DNA of 64,000 nt from Mytilus trossulus (lineage: Eukaryota). The translations under genes were made by a program, and so were the position numbers. The stretch lies in NCBI RefSeq assembly GCF_036588685.1, contig NC_086376.1:80269630-80333629 (forward strand), given 5' to 3'. This document shows, piece after piece, positions 41,401 through 49,262 of the stretch; position 1 is the stretch's first letter, and the number at the start of each line of letters is the position of its first letter. The notes beneath the pieces were generated by a model. The model was not told the origin of the DNA and did not search any database. It saw only the letters and a program-made list of their open reading frames with translations.

Positions 41401-44400
41401 ACAGAGAAGTTTTTCTGTTATTAGATGTGTACATGTGTTGTAGAAAGTCTCTTCAGGTGAGATAATTTATTTATAACACTCCTCCTAAGGTTCAGACTGC
41501 TTTGAAATCAGTAGTAATCCTTATGTATATTCCTTGACTGGTAAGTAAAAATATATATGATATAAAATTGAGAATTTGTTATCAAGTTCTAATTTTATGA
41601 ATTATTTTTACTTACCAGTCAAGGCTCCCACCACCTCCCCAGTTATAAATAATTTTCGGTAAAAGGGAATATTTTGTTCCCGCCGATAAACTGAGGAGGC
41701 ATTCACCCGGATGATCAATGTTAGATAGATGTTTGAAATCATCCAGGTGTTGCGAGTTATGAGAACGTTGTAAGGGAGATAATCCTTATGTATATTCCTT
41801 GACTGGTAAGTAATAATAATTCATAAAATTAGAACTTGATAACAAATTCTCAAATATGTTGAATGTGATGCCTCATATCTGTACTTGATCAGTGTTTCCT
41901 GGTAATGAGCATTGTGCAATGAAAATTTGGTTGTGGCAAACTAAAGGTAGAGTGCTGAAACAGTTAGTGAACTGCATATATATGCTGTAGATTTTTTCTA
42001 AGTCTAAATCTAAGAAACTATATAAATTGATCATATTCTTTCTAAATTATATTAAAGGATTTTCTTCCTATTTAAAATAAGAATAAGAATACTTTATTAA
42101 TCCAATTATGGACCCTTGCAAGTTTTAAATTTCATACAATGATTTGTGTTATAACAATGAAATAATAAAATGAAATACATGACAATAGAACACTGAACAG
42201 TTATGCACATGCACATGGAATAGAAAGTAATATGGGAGACAATCAATAAATAATGGCACAATTGATTAATTAGATCTGAAAATAATTTTTAATTTTACCT
42301 GTTCCAAATTTAGAATAATCATGTGAAGGATCTGTCAGGGTTTTCTCTAACTGGTGAATTCTCCAAGGATCACTCTGTAAATTTTTATCATTTTCAGAGT
42401 TGACTGCATTAACCTCCCTGTCTGTTGCAGTCTCCGTAAACAAAGGGCACAGAAAGAACTGTGAAAACCTGGAAAGTAGTAGGAGATAGTGAGTAGATAA
42501 TAAATGATACCTGAAACCCAAGAATGGATTGAAATCAAATCCTAAAAAAATAGTGTTTATATTAATTTAATGTTACCACATAAATCAGTACCTCAGTAAC
42601 AAAATCTTAAACAAAAAATCCAGAACTTATAATTAGTTTACCAGGAATGAACAAAAATTCAGTGCCTACCTACTGGTAAAATGTTCTGGTGATATGTCAA
42701 ATGTAAACCTACCTGTCTAAAGCTACAGGTAAATGTTCTGGTGATATGTCAAATGTAAATCTACCTGTCTAAAGCTACAGGTAAATGTTCTGGTGATATG
42801 TCAAATGTAAACCTACCTGTCTAAAGCTACAGGTAAATGTTCTGGTGATATGTCAAATGTAAACCTACCTGTCTAAAGCTACAGGTAAATGTTCAGGTGA
42901 TATGTCAAATGAAAACCTACCTGTCTAAAGCTCCAGGTAAATGTTCTGGTGATATGTCAAATGTAAACCTACCTGTCTAAAGCTACAGGTAAATGTTCAG
43001 GTGATATGTCAAATGTAAACCTACCTATCTAAAGCTCCAGGTAAATGTTCTGGTGATATGTCAAATGTAAACCTACCTGTCTAATGCTCCAGGTAAATGT
43101 TCTAGTGATATGGCAAATGAAATCCTACCTGTCTAATGCTCCAGGTATATGTTCAGGTGATATGTCAAATGTAAACCTACCTATCTAAAGCTTCAGGTAT
43201 ATGTTCTGGTGATATGTCAAATGAAAGCCTACCTATCTAAAGCTCCAGGTCAATGTTCAGGTGATATGTCAAATGTAAACCTACCTATCTAAAGCTCCAG
43301 GTAAATGTTCTGGTGATATGTCAAATGTAAACCTACCAATCTAAATCTCCAGGTAAATTTTTTGGTGATTTGTCAAATGAAAGCCTACCTATCTAAAGAT
43401 CCAAGTAAATGTTCTGGTGATATGTCAAATGTAAACCTACCTATCTAAAGCTCCAGGTAAATGTTCTAGTGATATGTCAAATTTAAACCTACATGTCTAA
43501 AGCTCCAGGTAAATGTTCTAGTGATATGTCAAATGTAAACCTACCAATCTAAATCTCCAGGTAAATTTTTTGGTGATTTGTCAAATGTAAAGCTACCTAT
43601 CTGAAGCTCCAGGTAAATGTTCTGGTGATATGTCAAATGTTAATCTACCTATATAAAGCTACAGGTAAATGTTCAGCTGATATGTCAAATTATAACCTAC
43701 CTGTCTAAAGCTACTGGTAAATGTTCTTGTGATGTGTCAAATGTAAACCTACCTGTCTAAAGCTCCAGGTAAATGTTCTGGTGATATGTCAAAATAAAAG
43801 TTGGTATGTTCTCCTGAAGTGTAGGCATTAGAACTTCCTCCATGTTCACTAAGGAACTACAACAGAGAAAATTCATATACAACAATTATTGATATTTCAT
43901 TGACATGAGAAGTCATACATTAACACACAATAACAAAAAGAATACATTTTTTGTATTTGTCACTCTGACTTTAGACTTGTACCAATTACAAGACAGAAAG
44001 CCAAAAAAATCTTTCTTCAAAATTTTATCTTGAAAAAAAAACCAAGAAGTGGTCAGAACTAAATTTATGAATGCTTATTCTATTTTTATTAAACAATTAG
44101 AAAATGTCTATATGTCTTATTCTAATTTTTATTAATATTCAAAAATAAAATTTATTCACAATGGATACAACAGACTTTCTGTACTGGATGACTGGATTAT
44201 ACATATTTAATATATTCAATATGGTATAATTGCTGATGAGACAACTTTCCACCAGAGACAAAATATTAATGTATTGCCTGGCCCTTCAACCAAGTCCTAG
44301 AAGTTATACGTCCATGAACAGCCCTCAACCTAGTCTACATACAAAAATGACAAGTGGTTCGTTTAAAATATTTGTATCAAACTTACCTTACTGTATTCAT

Positions 44401-47400
44401 TCTCCTGTTCATACTGAAACAGAAGAAAACGGTAAATCATATCAAATTCAACACTTTTAAACAAATCAATGAACTAAACAATACACCTTGTAAGAAAACA
44501 AACATGAAATGAAATTCTTTTTAACTGTCATTCAGGTGGAGGATTATAGGATCAGGTTTAATCCATCATTTTGTATATAAGGAAGTGCTTGTACCAAGTC
44601 AGGAATATGACAGTTGCTTTCCATTTATTTGTTGTGTTTTAGCTTTTGAATTTGCCTTTTGATTAATGACTTTCTGTTTTTAATTTTCCTTTTTTCCAAA
44701 AATATAATTTGACAATTCATTATAATACTTACATAGTACATTTATGTATGCATCTGACATATATTATCAATGGTATATGTATTACAAAAGGTTCATTTCT
44801 TTAACATACTTTCAGTTTACAACAGTTACACAATTTTATATTATTATAAATGTCTTATAAGAACAGGATTATCAACTTTCATACATGTACATTGCATCTC
44901 TAAATGTTGAAACATTGAAATCAAAAAGCTTAAACATCATTTTTTTTTCCAGAAAGGAGTGAAACTAAATCAAATCAAATTGATACCTTTTTAGTTCCCA
45001 AAAACAGCATGTGCTCACAAAAATGTGCCAACCCAGGCAAGTCTACTGGATCTTTCATGTGTCCTAAAACATAATTTGGTGAAAAGGAATTAATAACAAA
45101 AGTTCAGGAAACACATATTGTTAAAGGTACATGTGTAGATATCAAGAGTACTGGTGAAGGAGGTGAAAAAAATGTTATGAACATGGAAAATATTAAATTC
45201 ACAAGACAATACAAGGTTACTCCCCAAAAAATACAGGTACACTTTTAATAGATAAATATGTACACAAGTAAACAACTGACATCACTGATTAGTAAAATTT
45301 TAGGCAACATAAGGTCCAAAATAAAAATAGAATGTTTCCAGAGGACACAGATACCCCAAATCATATAATCTAGATAGGAGTGGGATCAGTTATTTTAAAT
45401 GATTTAGGGTTCAGTAGCTGTTGTCTGGAAACCAAACATCTGAGTATTTTGCATATTATCAAAAGTGAAATCACTCAACTTTGAAATGATTTATAGAGAA
45501 TAACATATTTTTCCTTACATGATTTCCAAATTTTAAAGAATCAATGGGGAAAAAAAGTGAAATAAATTTATTTTGAACTGAATCTGTAAGCAGCAGTCCC
45601 TTACCACATTCTGAGTTTCAAATAATTTGATGGATGCTCCTCAAGTTAACATGCAAAACTTTTTAACAGATGTACATTTAATTGACAGTAAAATACAGGT
45701 GCTTTAAATTTAACCAGTTAGCAAAAAGCAACTCAAACCTGAGCTTTGAAGCAAAGGATTTGAAGATCAGTGAGAATTTCCAGATGATCCTCAGAAAACT
45801 TGATTCTACATAATTTCTCAATAAAACAAACTTGTTTACTAGTCTGACATTGACAATTTGAGGAGCTGGAATTTCAAATTCAATTGTCAAGATTAAATCT
45901 TATTTTTCATGTGGAAACAATTTAGGTTCTAAAGGTACAACAAGTACAGTAACAGTTACATTTTGTAATATGGTAAAAACTTTTGATATGAAGAGTTCAT
46001 GTTCTGTATTGATGGTTTTGTCAATATTCTTAAATTCCCTCAAATTTCTTGAAGAAAATATTCTAAATGTTACATGTACAAGTTGAATAGAACTGTGGCA
46101 AATACTCATCCTTAGCTATAGATTGCATATATATTTCATTTAAAACATACATTAGATTCTAGTTTTAGCTACACTTCAATGACTGTATATTGTTGGAAAA
46201 CTATCCAGTGGCAAATATTGCATGCATTCATTGAAAGTTGCATACTACATTTATATATATTAAATCCTTACCAATATTGACATCCATAGCCCCTGAAGCT
46301 TTGTCTGTTTCAGGATCACTGATCAATAAAACTTTCATCCCATTGTTTAGTTCTAATCCTTCATATGTCCTTTTATCTTCAGCAGATTTCAAGATGGCAT
46401 CTGAGTTGATTTTACTCTTTATATATTGGCTTGCCATTGTAGAAGTGTATCTTTAAACATAAATGTTAATCATTGTGTTAATAGAAATTAATACTATGGA
46501 GACTGCATACAGCGGTAATGATAGTTGCATATATTTATTTATGTGGCATGAAATATAACATGTAGGATTTCACAATAAGATGATTTTAGGTGTCCTTCAA
46601 TCAAGTAGGATTTTTTCTGTATGCTGGATAGTCATGATGGGGGAGAATTTTCACGAGTATTTTTTCCCCTTTACTGGCAAACCTATTAAGCAATTCCCAT
46701 AAAATCTCATATACTGCTAGTATCAATTAGATTGATTGATTTTAGCTTCACATCTTCATGTACATGTAGCAGCAAATATTTCATGCATGTACCTGACAAG
46801 AACAAATAACCAATAAATATAAAACATGTTGTAACAAAATGTAGGGGTCAATTATGTTAGAATCAATATAGAACAATACATGAAAAGGAAACCTCACAAA
46901 GAGGTTAAGCCCCTAGAAGAAATTATGAAAAATAAAGGATGTATTATAAATCTATTTCAAAATCACATCTGTATCAAGACAGCCATATACACCAATGCAA
47001 TCCCAATAGCCCTTCATATATTTGATAACTATGTACATTAAGATAGCAGATAGGATGTAGTGATAGAAATAATTTCTGTACAACTTGTTTTTAGTGTATA
47101 TTAAGATATAAGCAAAGACTACATATATGTACCTGTTTAAGTACACAGTCTAATGTGTGCTCAACTCTTGTAACTCAATACAAGGATTTTTTTTATTGTC
47201 ATAGTTGTTTATGGCTCTTTGCTACATTTTGTAACAATAAAGGCTATCCCAACCTGAACATTTTCATAGATGTTGCCTATGCATTAGGATGCTGATTCCT
47301 ACAGGAGCTTTGAATCATCCTTCGCATTAATTCAAGTAAAAAAAAGGGAGGGGTCATCTTCAAGTACAATTTATAAATTTGGAAAAGGCATTTATCAATA

Positions 47401-49136
47401 TGTATGTTATTTACATAAGAAGTTCCATTTCAGAGTATATTTATAAAATTATTATTGACAAGACTCAAAGGTTTATCTGCTTAAATTAGAGCTGGCAGCT
47501 ACAATGTTTGTATAGAACTACATAAAACTTTCCTACAGTTGTGTATGTCTGACTTACATGTAGGAACTGACAGGGAAATGTGCGTGACAAGTTTACTTAA
47601 GGTTCATCATAACAAATGGACAAATATGGCCGTATTTTCACCTCAAAAACCTCTCTGTGTACAGACTTACCTGTGCTGTTTGAAAAGTTTTAATGCCTAG
47701 CATCCACTAGATATATAAAAGTTAAATGCATTTTGTGTTTCAGAAAGATAAAATTTTTCTTGGTTTTTGATGGGCATTTTTTTTCCTTTCTGCAGAAGAT
47801 CCAAAAATAAACAAACACCTGAATTACTTTGATACTGTCCACTCACAGCTGACTCAGATAAACTCTTTAACTCACCTATACATTTGTAGTTGTGAAGATA
47901 CCTCTTGTCCATGTCAATTAAGGACAATCAAAACAATACAAACCGTTTTTTTACCTGAGGGTGCATCTCAAAGTTGTACCACAACTTAGTTAATTTTCAC
48001 ACCTTTTGCATGAAGGAAAAAAAATGCCCATCAAAATCCAAAAGAGATTTTATCTTTCTGAAACACAAAATGCATTTAACTTTATGATATCTAGTGGATG
48101 CTAGGCATTAAAACTTTTCAAAGTTCACAGGTAAGTCTGTACTCAGAGTAATTTTTGGCATGTAAATACAACCATATTAATTTGTCCGTTTGTTATGATG
48201 AACCTTAAAGACTGTAGACAATTTATGTCATTTTTTTGTATTAGAGGAAATTAGACATATGTCAATAGAGCAATAATATATTTTACACTAGAGTCTATAG
48301 CTAGAACAAAAAAAAAATAGAATTATAGATTTCATCAGGTTGGGAACAAACCCTCTCTATGGTGATTATACTTGTAAAGAGGGATAAACCTTCTATAGAG
48401 GGGTGAAATTATCCCTCTATAGAGGGGTATTTTTGTTTAGACTGGATTTAAATCAAAACAGAGCAGAATGGCATTCTCTACTTATTATGGCAGTAACCTG
48501 CAACAGTTGATGCACCAATTGATGTACTTAGTTTAATATGCACATGCCAAGTTTGCTGCTTATCTGACTAAATATAAAATCTATTGTTCACCATGATTGA
48601 AAGCTGTGATGATCAGGTAAATTGTACTCACTTATGCCTCACTGAACAGAATTTCTATTGTTAGATTTAACATGAAATTTAAAGGTCAACTATTCCTTTT
48701 GATGTTGATCAGGTGTTCAGATAGGTATACAATAGATTTCAAGTTTTGTCACTTTAGCAGAAAACGGGTTATTCCAATTTTTAGTAAAGTGCATATGTTG
48801 ATGCACCTACTGCTAGAGATTATAGCCAATATAATAAGAAAATGCCATTCTGCCCTAATTTGCTTTAAATCCAGTGCAAACAAAATACCCCTCTATAGAG
48901 GGATAATTTTATCCCTCTTAAGAAGGTTTATCCCTCTATACAGGTATAATCACCATCCAGGGGGTTTGTTCCCAACCTGTTCATCATAATATAATTTTGA
49001 CAGAAACAGACGACGTTTTTTTAAACATGAATTTCAAGCGTCATACTGAATACCTGTGTGATGAACTATTGTTTCCTAGATTACTTTTGCCAAGAAACCT
49101 GCTAAATATTGGTACAATTAATCTAAAATTAAGCAT
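5066..49136 (-). CDS. IDE: Insulin-degrading enzyme (insulysin, peptidase M16A), 28 coding exons, 1021 aa from Met1 (989 aa from Met33)
   Basis: Exons in transcript order: 49136-49054, 46450-46272, 45063-44987, 44413-44387, 43856-43753, 42468-42299, 36662-36540, 36060-35948, 35647-35558, 34638-34566, 33925-33833, 33491-33400, 32761-32681, 32434-32331, 30443-30341, 28779-28681, 27588-27482, 26830-26686, 15202-15092, 13643-13523, 12635-12544, 10807-10696, 10225-10058, 9049-8925, 7686-7539, 6525-6464, 5647-5486, 5167-5066. All introns are GT-AG, phases are consistent and the total is 3066 nt. Motifs: [16 protein letters not shown] (inverted HxxEH), [52 protein letters not shown]; ends ARSKL*. 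Exon 1 is the least certain. Confidence 0.96.
5653..5764. repeat. 20-bp minisatellite, about 5 copies, abutting the IDE exon 27 acceptor
   Basis: (atatacaatgtgtaagtttt)n. Confidence 0.9.
11016..11912 (-). mobile_element. Decayed Penelope-like retroelement relic (RT fragment plus 3' tail)
   Basis: Minus-strand translation across stops and frameshifts gives DLPSLY...[33 protein letters not shown]...[21 protein letters not shown]...[13 protein letters not shown]...[22 protein letters not shown], then jumps to [13 protein letters not shown] related tail occurs at about 22845-23085. Confidence 0.75.
11970..12457. mobile_element. MITE with an 8-bp TSD (hAT-like)
   Basis: TIRs cacggggggtcaacttcc and ggaagttacccccccgtg. 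TSD gtctatta at 11962-11969 and 12458-12465. Confidence 0.85.
15839..16063. mobile_element. PIF/Harbinger (Tourist-like) MITE
   Basis: TIRs of about 50 bp, gggacgacatcaaaag... and ...cttttgatgtcgtccc, with a TAA TSD on both sides. A truncated copy lies at about 59430-59490. Confidence 0.85.
16510..18192 (+). CDS. RING-less TRIM-like protein: B-box1, B-box2, coiled coil, C-terminal NHL-like beta-propeller (bivalve-expanded TRIM2/3/71-like class); intronless CDS nested in IDE intron 18
   Basis: 560-aa uninterrupted ORF. CNLC..WKCLTC..LMCSTC...H.....H is B-box1 and [18 protein letters not shown]...HKKH is B-box2. A K/E-rich helical segment follows, then repeated P..I..T.dG.i.VaD propeller blades ([33 protein letters not shown]). 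Confidence 0.9.
   Translation: MAFSKSVIRSQIPINCNLCETEKNIKWKCLTCGVLMCSTCQDKIHLRIGKDHKVVDIKDVGLPVEKLDFTNIKCKEHSEQSTCLFCTKCDKLVCPTCVAKVHKKHDLTEISEAYNMKIERLKKGQSKLQKEKYEIIATKDELNQLQKSENSSYAKVRADILNHEKVLKKAVEKHITKLRNEVDQNHKACSKATEESINAISKSERQIDKKYSDVQDFINTTDIPNFFKEFCQIEKSTEVSIPKPEISHKTTLQFIPGEITQSKIGVLQSVDIPVPDVNVSLSDVNQYQTNLSVVDYLSPCDDDSLWIASPNDQILQKVKPEGTNLKIISTFNIQVYGMAITASDDLLLATDESRLQMMSRTTGKVTDSVYDIHSFSPIAIHVTSDGQIIVGGGHIEDERTAVFVINKNGNHEAVYEHDRHSNPIFNYPRRITTTSNGNIHVADYDTDEDSGKVVVIGQGGDVVNIYKGDTEINKKAPFRPTEIVTTPEDNVIVADVDTHTLLILNNSGHMITYIKTTDNGIEGACSLAFSQTGQLYIGCSTPEHSTAKEAKIYKVNISGC
19327..19903 (+). repeat. High-copy interspersed repeat; inverted copies at 21753-22224 and 50733-51227, fragments at about 24580-24870 and 56850-56895
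   Basis: Near-identical sequence (gaaatggggaatgtgtcaaagagacaacaacccgacc...ggcggggttaaacatgtttgtgagatctc...cagactactagcagttaact) occurs several times in the window. Confidence 0.85.
20035..25134. mobile_element. 5.1-kb non-autonomous Mutator-like (MULE) DNA transposon with nested insertions
   Basis: Imperfect TIRs gggtgttgataaacggcggaaac... and ...gtttccgccgtttaagaacaccc. A perfect 9-bp TSD ctttgtttg lies at 20026-20034 and 25135-25143. No transposase ORF was seen. Confidence 0.75.
21753..22224 (-). repeat. Inverted copy of the 19327 repeat, inside the MULE-like element
   Basis: Reverse complement of about 19327-19799 with few differences. Confidence 0.85.
26433..26468. repeat. Poly-C tract (poly-G on the IDE sense strand)
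   Basis: About 31 consecutive C, then t and C5. Confidence 0.9.
27727..28198. mobile_element. Helentron-associated (HINE-like) non-autonomous element
   Basis: Subterminal inverted repeats tgggtacgaagtc and gacttcgtcccca, followed by the short 3' stem-loop gcagg-taatt-cctgc, with AT-rich flanks. Confidence 0.55.
28942..29213. mobile_element. TTAA-target MITE (Kolobok/piggyBac-like); further copies at about 59690-60143 (interrupted) and 60489-60750
   Basis: ttaa|ggtggtacccaacact ... agtgttatgtaccacc|ttaa; the same internal sequence recurs near 60 kb. Confidence 0.8.
29287..30272 (+). mobile_element. Helentron/pearl-like non-autonomous element with internal ~150-bp core repeats
   Basis: The block aagttatt...gaaactagaaa...tgcttgttttg.ccc..tttggcccctaattcct is repeated about three times, followed by a (gac)n tract and the 3' hairpin ttatacga...tcgtataa. 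Similar-looking elements lie at about 13860-14705, 31575-32110 and 52741-53305. Confidence 0.6.
30792..31566. mobile_element. TA-target MITE with subterminal palindromic repeats
   Basis: ta|tgttccagacc.tatgagtatttggaccgtacgcgtacggtc ... gaccgtacgcgtacggtccaaatactcatacggtctggaaca|ta. Confidence 0.85.
33291..33366 (-). pseudogene. Degenerate tandem copy of IDE exon 12
   Basis: The minus strand reads aacacattgatgacatc-agtactttgacatgttgaagagggaatgccctaaaccatggatatttg-gtaaggtaagg, a copy of exon 33491-33400 with two internal deletions. The donor is retained and there is no AG acceptor at its start. Confidence 0.8.
34790..35240 (-). repeat. Second interspersed repeat family; related copies at about 1091-1200, 14050-14400, 23210-23760, 25245-25480 and 55407-55520
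   Basis: All share the terminal motif gaaggccgtac.ttgacctataatggtttac...ttgtctcattggcactcataccacatctt. Confidence 0.7.
37159..38829 (+). CDS. DIRS ORF1 (gag-like), intact 556 aa
   Basis: First ORF just inside the left ITR. It has a short N-terminal coiled coil, a low-complexity linker, a helical core ending in [13 protein letters not shown] (a DIRS ORF1-type LP...LFG motif) and a basic tail. Confidence 0.85.
   Translation: MAEEYIHSLTYANAENLDSDSAGETPTGDFLVKKMARTTKDASSKKKKRVSKTAELENKLNSMEDRFDKKMDMLFAVMNKSCATIGSSTVAQVSQSGGLATQREQSSDNVPSTGERRPVISLNANLDEDLGSPRIIRNIDFDNRSEISLHIDSREKADLLGLCSSEDEYSRGLSSPVYSQAGNKSRNVERFSQYLQTQPTISNNVESQSNQRQTSNIDNNNNKTVDKQSDNLNLLSKLFKEDIPSESSDNSGGLIIDEAQVRILERSWRTKNPEKLTAYKDEYRSCFPVNDKSKSFLQVPSLDDLLEPMIRTVHGTNSVKSWDKHKQLVTQPLKQIENLAYQGQVASRMGIISVLYIQQTLGTLLERVENENVSDETCQMVKDLFAISTKSLDQVGRTGAFNHMIRRKAAATESGLNNLKDIQTKVLYLPLSNEGVFGKGLEDKLEKRKEQREQLDDLLPEYKNNNKRKFESTQVRQDWQNKAPRYSSNNSYTHVNYNNDNSADKRSGFSYNKSSVRSAPRKFQKDNKADDFGKKDEEKKTGSNWNSFRIPKKNSS
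38830..40260 (+). pseudogene. DIRS ORF2 (RT / RNase H / DNA N6-adenine-methyltransferase-like), frameshifted with the RT core deleted
   Basis: PVGGRL; [16 protein letters not shown]; FKMDTL fused directly to [13 protein letters not shown], so there is no LPFG or YxDD. RNase H motifs: [45 protein letters not shown]-like motifs: IDLFAS, DAL..SW, YAYPP. A T23 run at 39105-39127 disrupts the frame. Confidence 0.9.
40244..41245 (+). pseudogene. DIRS tyrosine recombinase, with a premature stop and frameshifts
   Basis: [13 protein letters not shown] (SAM-like N-domain), IG*HP (stop at 40532), [15 protein letters not shown]...RRCSDL (catalytic R), HAHSTR (HxxR), [12 protein letters not shown] (W...Y), stop at 41243-41245. 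Confidence 0.92.
41515..41624. repeat. DIRS internal complementary region (ICR)
   Basis: 41515-41570 is the reverse complement of 36896-36951. 41568-41624 is the reverse complement of 41797-41853 with one mismatch. Confidence 0.93.
42674..43792. repeat. 52-bp tandem array (21 units plus a partial unit) made from the 3' end of IDE exon 5 and its splice donor
   Basis: Unit atgtaaacctacctgtctaaagctccaggtaaatgttctggtgatatgtcaa starts at 42701, 42753, 42805 ... 43741 (exactly 20 x 52 apart). The last unit spans the real exon-intron boundary at 43753. Confidence 0.95.
47601..48204. mobile_element. TTAA-target MITE with ~200-bp TIRs in IDE intron 1
   Basis: ttaa|ggttcatcataacaaa ... tttgttatgatgaacc|ttaa; the arms pair over about 47601-47798 and 48003-48204. 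Confidence 0.88.
48336..48979. mobile_element. MITE with ~140-bp TIRs and a 5-bp TSD in IDE intron 1
   Basis: ttcat|caggttgggaacaaaccc ... gggtttgttcccaacctg|ttcat. Confidence 0.88.
49054..49136 (-). CDS. IDE: Putative IDE first coding exon encoding a mitochondrial-presequence-like leader
   Basis: ATG at 49136 reads [27 protein letters not shown] and ends AG|GTATTC (phase 2). It joins the 46450 acceptor in frame as [12 protein letters not shown]. The leader has no acidic residues and is Arg/Ser/Leu/Phe rich. Confidence 0.75.
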
Positions 49137-49199
49137 ATGTTTACAGAAAAATACAAAGTCATGACAAATTTAGCTTTACAACCACATTTGTCTCCCTTT

Positions 49200-49262
49200 G
49201 AAGATAGAGCATTCTAAGATATTAACAAATCCGGACGTCGGTTTGTACGAATTTCCGGAATT
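49200..49262 (-). promoter_or_regulatory. Candidate IDE core promoter
   Basis: Local CpG cluster (tccggacgtcgg, ttccggaa, ETS-like) 90-125 bp upstream of the putative Met1 in otherwise CpG-poor DNA. Confidence 0.4.

Larger units (their letters stand above)
36896..41853 (+). mobile_element. DIRS1-like tyrosine-recombinase retrotransposon, complete termini, internally deleted (non-autonomous), in IDE intron 6
   Basis: 129-bp identical inverted repeats at 36918-37046 and 41685-41813. An internal complementary region (41515-41624) is complementary to both element ends. CAA occurs at both ends and once at the ICR junction. Coding order is gag, RT/RNase H/methyltransferase-like, YR. Confidence 0.95.

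Noticed and set aside
42674-43792. CRISPR-like array or repeat-encoded protein
   Set aside because: There are no unique spacers, the DNA is eukaryotic and the unit derives from IDE exon 5. The 52-bp period is not a multiple of 3, and the exon frame hits TAG straight after the first donor.
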